64,000 bases of DNA from a virus (taxonomy: Duplodnaviria; Caudoviricetes): IMG/VR virus record IMGVR_UViG_3300048503_000032, positions 42,773 through 106,772 of that record; one strand, given 5' to 3'. Positions 1-8,141 of this stretch are shown one piece after another. Both the position numbers and the translations under genes were made by a program. Below the pieces are notes generated by a model, which made no database searches, had not been told where the DNA came from, and saw only the letters and a list, made by a program, of their open reading frames with translations. How positions within the stretch are numbered: position 1 is the stretch's first letter; the number at the start of each line of letters is the position of its first letter.

Positions 1-2
1 AG

Positions 3-599
3 CGAATACCTGGACGCAGATATGTGATCGGAGCGGATACGGCTGGCGGCAAAGCGATCAGTAACAGCGATACGGATAACTGTGCGGCGGTGGTGTTGGA
101 TCTGTCGAATGGAGAAGAGGTGGCGGCGTACTGCGCGAAGGTCACGCCTGAGGACTTCGCACTTGACTTGGCCGATATCGGTCGCTACTACAACGACTGT
201 CCGATCATGGTCGAGAGAAATATGGACGGCGGAACCACGATCTTGGTGCTGGCTGGCGACTGTAAGTACGGCGCTGTGATGAAGAGTAAGGAATGGATCA
301 AGCGCGAGAAGAAGACGGTGGAGTTCGATGGCTTCCAGACCAATACGCGCACTCGTCCGATCGCGCTGAATATGCTGAATCGCTTTGTGAAGGAATCGCC
401 TGAGTTGATCTGGGATCAGTCGTTCATCGACGAGGCTCTGGTGTTCGTTCGCAGTAAGACGGGCAAGCCTGAAGCGACGCCTGGAGCCCACGATGACAGA
501 GTCATGGCGCGCGCCATCGCTCATGCGGCTCGGGCGATGCTGCTCAATTACTACCCCACCGATGGGTCTGTGCAGTACGTCGGCAGCGACCGCATGTAA
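3..599 (+). CDS. terL: Terminase large subunit, C-terminal RNase H-like nuclease domain (5' partial)
   Basis: YVIGADTAGG, VERN and HDDRVMARAIA motifs typical of TerL nuclease domains; frame open to window start. Confidence 0.9.
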   Translation, partial: RIPGRRYVIGADTAGGKAISNSDTDNCAAVVLDLSNGEEVAAYCAKVTPEDFALDLADIGRYYNDCPIMVERNMDGGTTILVLAGDCKYGAVMKSKEWIKREKKTVEFDGFQTNTRTRPIALNMLNRFVKESPELIWDQSFIDEALVFVRSKTGKPEATPGAHDDRVMARAIAHAARAMLLNYYPTDGSVQYVGSDRM

Positions 600-630
600 A
601 AGACGTCAAAAACCCTTGATATATGGCCTA

Positions 631-668
631 AAATAAAGACTTGACACGTTTCCTATATGGTGTATCAT
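631..668 (+). promoter_or_regulatory. Early-type sigma70 promoter, copy 1
   Basis: AAATAAAGAC-TTGACA(641-646)-16 nt-TATCAT; same motif at 14060 and 48918. Confidence 0.85.
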
Positions 669-692
669 AGGGTTGTGGTCAAGGAGAACGGC

Positions 693-932
693 ATGGCAAT
701 CAAATATCTGGTCAAGGGTCAGGATCTCGATAGCGGTCTGGTATCGGATCTCGAAGAGACGATGTTCTGGTTGTTCGTCGATGGGGACGCGAAAGCGGGA
801 GCCATCGATGCGCGTCTTACCAAGGCGATCAAGGCTGCGGAGTGGCCTGAGAGCTACAAGGAAGAGTTCGAGCTTGCTTATGCTGTGATCGCAGCCAACG
901 AGCATCTGGTAGAGATCGGGGCGGTGGCGTGA
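693..932 (+). CDS. Hypothetical protein
   Basis: AAGGAG RBS before ATG 693, directly behind promoter. Confidence 0.75.
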   Translation: MAIKYLVKGQDLDSGLVSDLEETMFWLFVDGDAKAGAIDARLTKAIKAAEWPESYKEEFELAYAVIAANEHLVEIGAVA

Positions 933-1093
933 TGAAACGATATTGGTCTGTGGAACTGACGAACGCCGATCGACAGTACAAAACTGTCGAAGTGAGGGAT
1001 GCGGATTTATGCCTCAAGGACGCTGTTCGTAAGGCGGTCACGGACAATCCAGGTTGGTCGTACATTAATGTGTTTCTGTCGAAGGGAGTATAA
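932..1093 (+). CDS. Small hypothetical protein (MKRYWSVEL..., 53 aa)
   Basis: Start overlaps upstream stop; fills gap; below ORF-track cutoff. Confidence 0.55.
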   Translation: MKRYWSVELTNADRQYKTVEVRDADLCLKDAVRKAVTDNPGWSYINVFLSKGV

Positions 1094-1097
1094 CGAC

Positions 1098-1508
1098 GTG
1101 TGGATTTTCACTAAATATGGTTTCTACTCAATCGCAGCAGCGGATGCTCGAGTCGGCGGCTCTGGCGATGATCTCATGGTGCGCGCTCGGATGCGGGAGC
1201 ATCTCGAGGCCATCCAGAATCGCTTCCCTACGCTGATAGGCAAGCTGAAGGTGATCGAGATCAGTGAGGCGGACTACGGCTATCGCCTGGTGGTCGGGCG
1301 CAAGGTGTGGGCAGAGGTGGTCAGTGAGTTGACGCTTGAGCAGACGTGGAGCAATTTCAAGAATCAGGTCGCGATGAATCCTGACAATATTCGCTCGGGC
1401 TACGAAGGTGCGTTGCATCGGATCTGGACAATCATGTACGGTCTGCAACCTCAGCCCGCGCTTCACACGCCGGTGGGATGCTCCGTTGCCTACGTTGCGG
1501 TTGAGTAA
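1098..1508 (+). CDS. Hypothetical phage protein
   Basis: GGGAG RBS then GTG; WIFTKYGFYS / LMVRAR / ADYGYR pattern. Confidence 0.75.
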   Translation: MWIFTKYGFYSIAAADARVGGSGDDLMVRARMREHLEAIQNRFPTLIGKLKVIEISEADYGYRLVVGRKVWAEVVSELTLEQTWSNFKNQVAMNPDNIRSGYEGALHRIWTIMYGLQPQPALHTPVGCSVAYVAVE

Positions 1509-1607
1509 GAAGGAACGCAAGCGCCGGCGCAAGGAGATGCAGGAATATCTCGATAGCATGACGGATGTGGATTGGAATGCAATCGATTGGTCAGGAGAGA
1601 TTCAGTG

Positions 1608-1808
1608 ATGGCAGATATTTCAGCTTTGGCAGTTCAGTTCTACGACGTGTTCGGTGTCAAGTTGGCGAAGTACTGGCTTGGGCCGTATCGTCTGGACATC
1701 ACCAAGTTCGACGATGAGGTTATCAAGTCGGGCGACCGTTCGATGAAGGACGTGATCCGCGAGAAGTATGGTCAGGGTGCGGTGGAGTTGATTGAGGCGC
1801 TCCTATGA
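1608..1808 (+). CDS. Hypothetical protein
   Basis: AGGAG RBS; coupled to next ORF. Confidence 0.6.
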   Translation: MADISALAVQFYDVFGVKLAKYWLGPYRLDITKFDDEVIKSGDRSMKDVIREKYGQGAVELIEALL

Positions 1809-2140
1809 GTGTCTATACGGTCGAGAAGTATATTTTGTATGGCAAGCAGTTGCGATGGCGTGTATTGCGTGACGGACAACCGCTCAGTCGCGACATTGAC
1901 TGGTGCGCTAATTCTTTGCCGACAAAGCAGTCTGCGCAGGAGAAGGCAGCGAAGATGGCAGCATGGGATGAGTGGCAGGTTTTGATGTATGCTGACGATG
2001 CTTCGGGCAAGTATCACTGGACTGAAGGGGAGCTGAAACAGATAGCGGAGTATGCGGTAGCTTTGCGCGTGAATCCTTTGCGTTGGACTTTTAAAACGGG
2101 CAGTTTCCACTTCGTAAAATTGCACGGATTCAGCATTTGA
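1805..2140 (+). CDS. Hypothetical protein
   Basis: ATGA overlap, GAGG RBS. Confidence 0.65.
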   Translation: MSVYTVEKYILYGKQLRWRVLRDGQPLSRDIDWCANSLPTKQSAQEKAAKMAAWDEWQVLMYADDASGKYHWTEGELKQIAEYAVALRVNPLRWTFKTGSFHFVKLHGFSI

Positions 2141-2279
2141 AGGATGCGGAGAAGTTGCTGAAGGATGATGGGTGTTGGACTGATGCTCGCTCGGTTCGAG
2201 CAGAGACACGACGTGTTATGGCTGCGCGCGTTAAGGCTTTCCGTGATGCCGGACTGAGATTGAAGCGTAAGGAGTCGTT

Positions 2280-2627
2280 ATGAAGAGGATGAAGGTACAG
2301 GAGCTGTCGAGTGTCGGGCTGGAGCGTGTTCGCCTTGAGCGCAAGACTACACTTGTTCAGCGTTACTTAGAGGAGAAGGTGTTCTACGGTGGCGTGATCT
2401 GGCAGCGCGGTTTCATTCTTACTCGATTGCAGAAGGATGGCCAGCCCGACATAATTCTGGCGTGCATCGACGACTTCCATGCGCGGGAGAAAGCGGCAGG
2501 GCGTGATCCTTTGGCTCAGGCTATCTTCGATGCTACTGTTTTACCGCTGCGGGATCGTGTAGTTCTGTACGATGCGATGGGCGCTGGCGATACAAAAACG
2601 ATGGACAGGTTGATGAGGAGCGTATGA
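2280..2627 (+). CDS. Hypothetical protein
   Basis: AAGGAG RBS. Confidence 0.7.
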   Translation: MKRMKVQELSSVGLERVRLERKTTLVQRYLEEKVFYGGVIWQRGFILTRLQKDGQPDIILACIDDFHAREKAAGRDPLAQAIFDATVLPLRDRVVLYDAMGAGDTKTMDRLMRSV

Positions 2628-2840
2628 AGAATCCGCCCGCGGTGTTGTCTGTGCAAGGATATCGGATCGATTCCACAGCTGGGATCGGATGGTAAGAAGA
2701 TAGGTCTGATGCCTTGTCCAGCTTGCCAGCGCGCAGGCTCAATGAAGCGGCCGGTTGTCAGGGACGGCAAAGTAGCGGCAGCAGGAGATTCTTAGACGTA
2801 GCACGTTTCATCTATAGTGTGAGAGTGAGGAGCGATCCAT

Positions 2841-3209
2841 ATGGCAGCGAAGAAAGAAAAACTAGAACCTTTAGGCGAGTCGGCTCTGAAGCGTGAGATT
2901 GAGGCTTTGCAGGATCTCAACGAGCAGTATAAGGCGCTGGATAAGAAGTACGACGCATCGGCAGCCAAGGTGTTAGCGACGTTGAAGGCGAAGGATGTTC
3001 GGCGCTACGGCCAGCTTCAGTGTGTCATCGTGCAGCAGTTGCGTCGCACGGTTGATTGGAAGGGCGAGGCATCCAGCATGGCGCGTCGGCTTTATCCTAC
3101 GGCTGCGGAGCTTCGCCAGTATTTGATTCGGCTGGCGCGGCGGTATCCTCGCAAGGCCATCAAGCCGTCCATCAGGTTGACTATGCTCAAGACGGAGGAG
3201 GAGCTATGA
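2841..3209 (+). CDS. Hypothetical basic protein
   Basis: GAGGAG RBS; TATAGT upstream. Confidence 0.7.
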   Translation: MAAKKEKLEPLGESALKREIEALQDLNEQYKALDKKYDASAAKVLATLKAKDVRRYGQLQCVIVQQLRRTVDWKGEASSMARRLYPTAAELRQYLIRLARRYPRKAIKPSIRLTMLKTEEEL

Positions 3210-3586
3210 AAGAGGTGATCTTCGTTGACGGCAGAAGGATCTTAGTGGATGCGGACACGATGATGTGCCCGGCTGGGGAGGTTCTGCTGTTGAAGCGGAA
3301 CCCTGAATCGGACGGCACTAAAAACTCCCCGCCACTCAACGATGTAGTCAGGTCATACCCGGCGATGGAAGTGAAGGATGTACGCGACGTGAAGGTCACG
3401 CCGGTAAAAGAGATGGCGATCAAGCTGTTGACGGCCTGCTCTAAGACGGAACCTCACGGATCCCGCAAGCTGGCCCAGATCGCCGGCCTCGAGTACTCAG
3501 ACATCATCGTGCCGATCCTGAAGAAGCTGAGGGAGGCTGGCAAGGTCATCTTTGCAAGCGGAAGCGGAAAGTGGACGAGGGCATAA
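3206..3586 (+). CDS. Hypothetical protein with C-terminal winged-helix-like region
   Basis: GGAGGAG RBS, ATGA overlap; SRKLAQIAGL...ILKKLREAGKV...GKW. Confidence 0.65.
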   Translation: MKEVIFVDGRRILVDADTMMCPAGEVLLLKRNPESDGTKNSPPLNDVVRSYPAMEVKDVRDVKVTPVKEMAIKLLTACSKTEPHGSRKLAQIAGLEYSDIIVPILKKLREAGKVIFASGSGKWTRA

Positions 3587-3813
3587 TGGCGAAGCTCTAT
3601 GTCATGTCGAGGATAGGTAGATCTCCTGCTCTTAATGTGTAGCGATGAAAGGCCTGGGGCGGAGCAAGTTCACTGTGTTTGAGTGGACTGTCAGAGTAGC
3701 GGCCAAGAAGAAGGCGATCCACATATGCGGCGAGGGATGTCTCTCGACGTTCATTAGTAGGGAGTTGAATAACCGGACAGCAGTAGAGCCTGCGAAGGCA
3801 GAGGAGCAGTAAC

Positions 3814-4773
3814 ATGGCTGGAATGAAGGCGAAGTCTATTAAGTCGGTGATCGTGCGCAAGATGACGGCCTGGCTGGAGTCCATCGAGGACGAGGCTCTG
3901 CGCAAGCAGGTAGCCGCCTCGATTGTGGTGACGGGGGGTTGCATCGCGTCTATGCTACAGGGCGAACCTGTGAATGACTTTGATGTCTACTTGCGTGACT
4001 ATGAGACTGCGGTCAAGGTGGCTGAGTACTACGTCGGCAAATTCGAGCCGCGTAAGGCCAGCGGTATCAAGGTTCCGCTGTTCGTGGACGCGGATGCCAG
4101 CGCCAAGCGCGTCAAGATCGTAGCGAAGTCGGCTGGGATTGCCAGCGAAGAGGGAACCTCGAAGCCATATCAATACTTTCGAGTCACATCCTGAGCAAGT
4201 CGGAGAAGAGTATGTCGCCGACGTGATGGATCGCCCCGATCAAATCATGGATGCACATGAAGAGACGGAGCAACTCGCCATTGCAGACGCATCGGATGGC
4301 AAGCCAAAGTACCGCCCCGTCTTCCTCACGAGCAACGCCATTACGCTGAGCGACAAGATACAGATCGTACTCCGCTTTCAGGGTGAGCCGGACGACATTC
4401 ACGCGAACTACGACTTCGTTCACTGCACGTCGTACTGGACAAGTTGGGATGAGAAGCTTGTGTTGAAGCCGGAGGCGATGGAGTCGATTCTGTGCGAAGG
4501 AGCTGCGCTATGTTGGGAGCAAATATCCCATCTGTTCAGTCGTCAGATTGCGCAAGTTCATCGCGCGAGGATGGCGGATAAACGCCGGTCAAATCTTGAA
4601 GATGGCGATGCAGATTTCGGCGCTAGACCTTACCGACTTGGCGGTACTTGAAGATCAGCTCACCGGAGTCGACACCGCATACTTTCTGCAACTGATCGAG
4701 AAGCTGAAGGAGAAAGATCCGGACGAAGGTGAACGCGGCATACCTGGTGGAGATCATCGACCGGATGTTCTGA
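3814..4773 (+). pseudogene. Nucleotidyltransferase-like phage protein broken by three +1 frameshifts (or sequencing errors)
   Basis: VVTGGCIAS...NDFDVY Pol-beta-type motif, NYDFVH, RLRKFIARGW; pieces join if single bases near 4179, 4496 and 4726 are removed. Confidence 0.75.
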
Positions 4774-4809
4774 CGCAGAGTAGTTTCTCTATCATGGGAG
4801 TGAGGCATT

Positions 4810-5031
4810 ATGTTGAAGACGGCAGCAGCGAAGATTTTGTTGGAGCGGGACAGGCTGACGGCCCGGTATCGTGAGCTACAGGCGGAGATGAAGTCTGTAC
4901 GCGAGCAGCTGGCGCAGCTGACGCCGGTCGGAGGATATCGGCCTCAGGCCATATTGCGGATGTGCAAGTGCGGTGCCGGCCCGTTCAGCGCTCGGGAGCT
5001 TCGTTTGCACAGATGTGGAGGCGAGTCGTGA
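4810..5031 (+). CDS. Small coiled-coil/Zn-finger protein
   Basis: GAGG RBS; CKC...HRC. Confidence 0.6.
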   Translation: MLKTAAAKILLERDRLTARYRELQAEMKSVREQLAQLTPVGGYRPQAILRMCKCGAGPFSARELRLHRCGGES

Positions 5032-5215
5032 GTGCAAGGAAGCCATCGTCGGAACATGTAGACGACCCCGTCTTACCGAGGAACTTCGGGGTTATCGACT
5101 TTAGCAAGCGTAGGCCGTCGGTGTTCGATGGAATGCCACAGCTCACAGAAGAGGATTTAATCGGGTTCTCTCAGAATGCCATCGACGAACTTACGAAGGA
5201 AGTGAGAGGCAAGTG

Positions 5216-5368
5216 ATGGCATACGATCAACGGTGCGCGGATCTGGCGCGTGTGTTTCTTATGGATCATGAGACTGGGCCACAGCCTACACCGGCCGCGG
5301 TCGAAGCTTTGGCTGAGCATATCCAGATGTGCATCGAGGAATGGATCGAGACGGAGATCAAGCAGTGA
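5216..5368 (+). CDS. Small hypothetical protein (MAYDQRCADLA...)
   Basis: GAGG RBS, coupled on both sides. Confidence 0.55.
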   Translation: MAYDQRCADLARVFLMDHETGPQPTPAAVEALAEHIQMCIEEWIETEIKQ

Positions 5369-6090
5369 ATATTGGAATCCCATCAGATGCAGAGATGTGG
5401 GAAGTGGTTGCAGCGATCCAGGTCTGTCAGTCGCAGGGGATCTTGACGATTGAGAATGACGCGATTGGTGACGCAGCCGAGTTGTATCAGATGGCTGGTC
5501 TGTTGAGTGCCAAGCCGCGAAATAGGATTGATCTGGACTTCAGCAAGGCATACCGTGCTATCGCTACGGCCAAGGAGACTTATCAGGCGGTGTTGGCTCG
5601 GGCGAGTGGGCTGGAGCCCAAGCCAATCGGCTCCCCGAAGTTCAAAGGGTTCACTCCATCGATGAATGGAGGCATCGTTGTCTGCTCACACGAGGTCACA
5701 GGGGAGTTCAAACTGCCCTGGCAGGTGTGGAGGGTCATCGTGCGTCATCTACGCTCCTACGGGCAGACGGTGCGTTTCCTGGGGCGCTCAGGAGAGCGTA
5801 TGGACTATGCCACGTTCACCGAGGGGCAGATTCTGTCGAATCTCAGTTTACAGGAGCGGATGCAGGCGCTGGCATCGGCTGGCTTGGTTGTAGGCGTTCC
5901 GAATGAATGGACTTGGATATCGACTGCGTGGAAGAAGGTTCTGGTTATGCACCCCGACGACGTTCCACAGGAGCGTTGGTTCGGGTTTGACGTAGTTCCG
6001 CAGACTCTTGGCAGGTTGCTTTATACGCGGAGTCAGCTTCAGGTTCCGGTGATCTTGGCTGGTCTGCGCAAGTTGATATCGGTGATGTGA
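5365..6090 (+). CDS. Glycosyltransferase family 9-like (GT-B fold) protein, divergent
   Basis: KLPWQVWRVIVRHL and LSLQERMQALASAGLVVG resemble GT9 C-terminal domain; the DSG motif is absent. Confidence 0.5.
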   Translation: MNIGIPSDAEMWEVVAAIQVCQSQGILTIENDAIGDAAELYQMAGLLSAKPRNRIDLDFSKAYRAIATAKETYQAVLARASGLEPKPIGSPKFKGFTPSMNGGIVVCSHEVTGEFKLPWQVWRVIVRHLRSYGQTVRFLGRSGERMDYATFTEGQILSNLSLQERMQALASAGLVVGVPNEWTWISTAWKKVLVMHPDDVPQERWFGFDVVPQTLGRLLYTRSQLQVPVILAGLRKLISVM

Positions 6091-6173
6091 TGGAACGTCA
6101 ATATAGCCCCCTGAGTGGAGGCGAGAAATGGATAGCGGTGAGGTTTGAGAACCTGCTGCTCACGTCTGTGGGC

Positions 6174-6695
6174 GGCGAGAAAAGAGGAATAGTGATGGAA
6201 GAAGAGACGAACTTTTATGATGAGGCACGCAGACTTGGAATCGACACGCAATCTGATCCTAACGAATATTGGAAGCCTGAGACTGTTCGCGTTTTTATGG
6301 TGGGCGATAGTGGACCTTATGTGGACGCCCTGGACTATCTATGGTTGCTGGATCGTTCTAAGCAGTAACCCCCGAGCGGGCGAGAGGAGTGAAATGATCG
6401 ACTTATATGGGACAGATGACTCATTCGATGAGCTGGACAGACCGCCATCAAAGTTCGGTACAGAGCAAAGTGAATCAAAGGCCAGTGTGCCGTGCCAGAG
6501 TGGCGAGAAAAGAGGAATAGTGATGGCCGAAGAGACGAACTTTTATGATGAGGCACGCAGACTTGGAATCGACACGCAATCTGATCCTAACGAATATTGG
6601 AAGCCTGAGACTGTTCGCGTTTTTATGGTGGGCGATAGTGGACCTTATGTGGACGCCCTGGACTATCTATGGTTGCTGGATCGTTCTAAGCAGTA
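6174..6695 (+). repeat. ~194-bp direct repeat (6174-6367 / 6502-6695) duplicating a 57-aa gene
   Basis: Near-identical copies, offset 328; only GAA/GCC differs after the ATG. Confidence 0.95.
6195..6368 (+). CDS. Hypothetical protein, copy 1
   Basis: AGAGGA RBS; MEEETNFYDEARRLG... Confidence 0.7.
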   Translation: MEEETNFYDEARRLGIDTQSDPNEYWKPETVRVFMVGDSGPYVDALDYLWLLDRSKQ

Positions 6696-6696
6696 G
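6523..6696 (+). CDS. Hypothetical protein, copy 2
   Basis: Duplicate of 6195-6368. Confidence 0.7.
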   Translation: MAEETNFYDEARRLGIDTQSDPNEYWKPETVRVFMVGDSGPYVDALDYLWLLDRSKQ

Positions 6697-6720
6697 CCTC
6701 CAGTGGGCGAGAGGAGCGAA

Positions 6721-7005
6721 ATGATGGCAGACGAGAAGTTTTCTACAAGTCCAGGTCTGGACTTCCACGAGTGGTATATGGAGAACTACGACCGGCTGCA
6801 CGAGTCATGCATGCAACAGACCGATGAGCCTCCATTCAAAGACGTGTACCTGTTTGCGCAAGCAGCATGGAACGCAGCGAAGAAGGCGGAAGAGTCGCAG
6901 ACGCATAGTTTTGCGCCATCCGATTGGGGAGCGACCGGAGAACATTGCCGCGTATGCTCTGAGCCATGTAATGCACCAATCCACCAGAAAGGAGTCAAAT
7001 CGTGA
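6721..7005 (+). CDS. Hypothetical protein with C-terminal H-CxxC-H motif
   Basis: GAGGAG RBS; HSF...CRVC...PIH. Confidence 0.65.
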   Translation: MMADEKFSTSPGLDFHEWYMENYDRLHESCMQQTDEPPFKDVYLFAQAAWNAAKKAEESQTHSFAPSDWGATGEHCRVCSEPCNAPIHQKGVKS

Positions 7006-7244
7006 AGAACGAATGGACTGCGGACGAATTGCTGCGAGCGAATGAACAGGTACTCGCCGCAACCGAAACGAAGCTCGCTAAATTGAAGAGGCGGCATACG
7101 GACGCGGTATACGAAGCAACTGAGGATGTTGCCATCGAGCTTGCCTGCCAGCGGAATCGCGCTCTCTGGGCATTGAATGATGTACACGACTTTCTCAAGT
7201 CACACGGGTACGACACGACGCTGATTGACTTGGCCATAAAATGA
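7002..7244 (+). CDS. Hypothetical protein
   Basis: AAGGAG RBS, GTGA overlap. Confidence 0.65.
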   Translation: MKNEWTADELLRANEQVLAATETKLAKLKRRHTDAVYEATEDVAIELACQRNRALWALNDVHDFLKSHGYDTTLIDLAIK

Positions 7245-7580
7245 TTCCGACCGCACCACAACCTGCAAGCATAAATAATATGCCCCGTGAATTTGCGCCC
7301 GGAGACTGCCCTATGTGCTTTCCTAATGTTTGTGTGGGCGGCGCACATTACATGGCTTTATATGAAGATGGCATAACAACACAAGCACAATATATTGCAA
7401 TTAATAGAAAAGGAGAACCAAATGAATCTTGGCCCTCGTTGTAATTTTATGCTCCCGAATCATTGTCAATGTCCGAATACTGCATTGGTAGATTCGGATA
7501 TGTGCGAATTACATAAGGAATTTCAAACAGAACAAGCTGTTGCGGTAGAACAAGCGAAAATTGAAAAACTGGAGAAGTAA

Positions 7581-7907
7581 ATGCCATACGAGAATATCAA
7601 CGGACTAATCGAGTTATCCTCAGAATCCCGCTATAAGATCGCCGTAGTAGGAGTTCCGAAAGCGGGTAAAAGCTGGTTTGCATACACCGCGCCTGAAAGG
7701 GCGGAGGATGAAGTTCCTTCTGTAATTTACAAAGATCATGAAATTAAGATTGTGCCAGTTGCTACACCAGGTTCACGAAGGGTATTTGCAGCATATAAGA
7801 ATGGTAAGCGAGTAACAAACTGTTTTGCGACTGTGAAGGAAGTAAAGACAGCTCTCAGCTCGCAAGCCACCGACGCCACCATTCCAAGACGCGGCGCACG
7901 GGGTTGA
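7581..7907 (+). pseudogene. Truncated/chimeric P-loop NTPase (AAA_24/Sak4-like N-terminus only)
   Basis: IAVVGVPKAGKS Walker A with no Walker B; AT-rich segment. Confidence 0.45.
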
Positions 7908-8095
7908 CTTCGGGCAGGTCTACGTTCCCGCTCCGTGCATCGCTTACGATATGGGCTGCATGGCATGGGACAAAACGAAGGAAGTCCAATCGCGTCTCGC
8001 CGACCGCTATCAGTTTCGTGGGCAGTGGCTGTTTATCAACGTACCGAGTAAGCCGTGATGATCTGCTGGGCCGGCGGCATGAGCGGCGGTGTGAG

Positions 8096-8135
8096 GGTAG
8101 TTTGCTGTTGCTGAAGATGATCGATGGGGTACTAT
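8096..8135 (+). promoter_or_regulatory. Late-type promoter motif, copy 1 (portal)
   Basis: GGTAGTTTGCTGTTG then TACTAT; ATG 6 nt after the -10. Confidence 0.75.
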
Positions 8136-8141
8136 CGATCC

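Noticed and set aside
3587-3813. Possible ncRNA gap
   Set aside because: Contains short coding-like frames (HICGEGC) next to a frameshift-rich gene; no convincing structure
6174-6695. DGR template/variable repeat pair (also 18908/19439)
   Set aside because: No reverse transcriptase in the window; copies are identical or differ at only two bases
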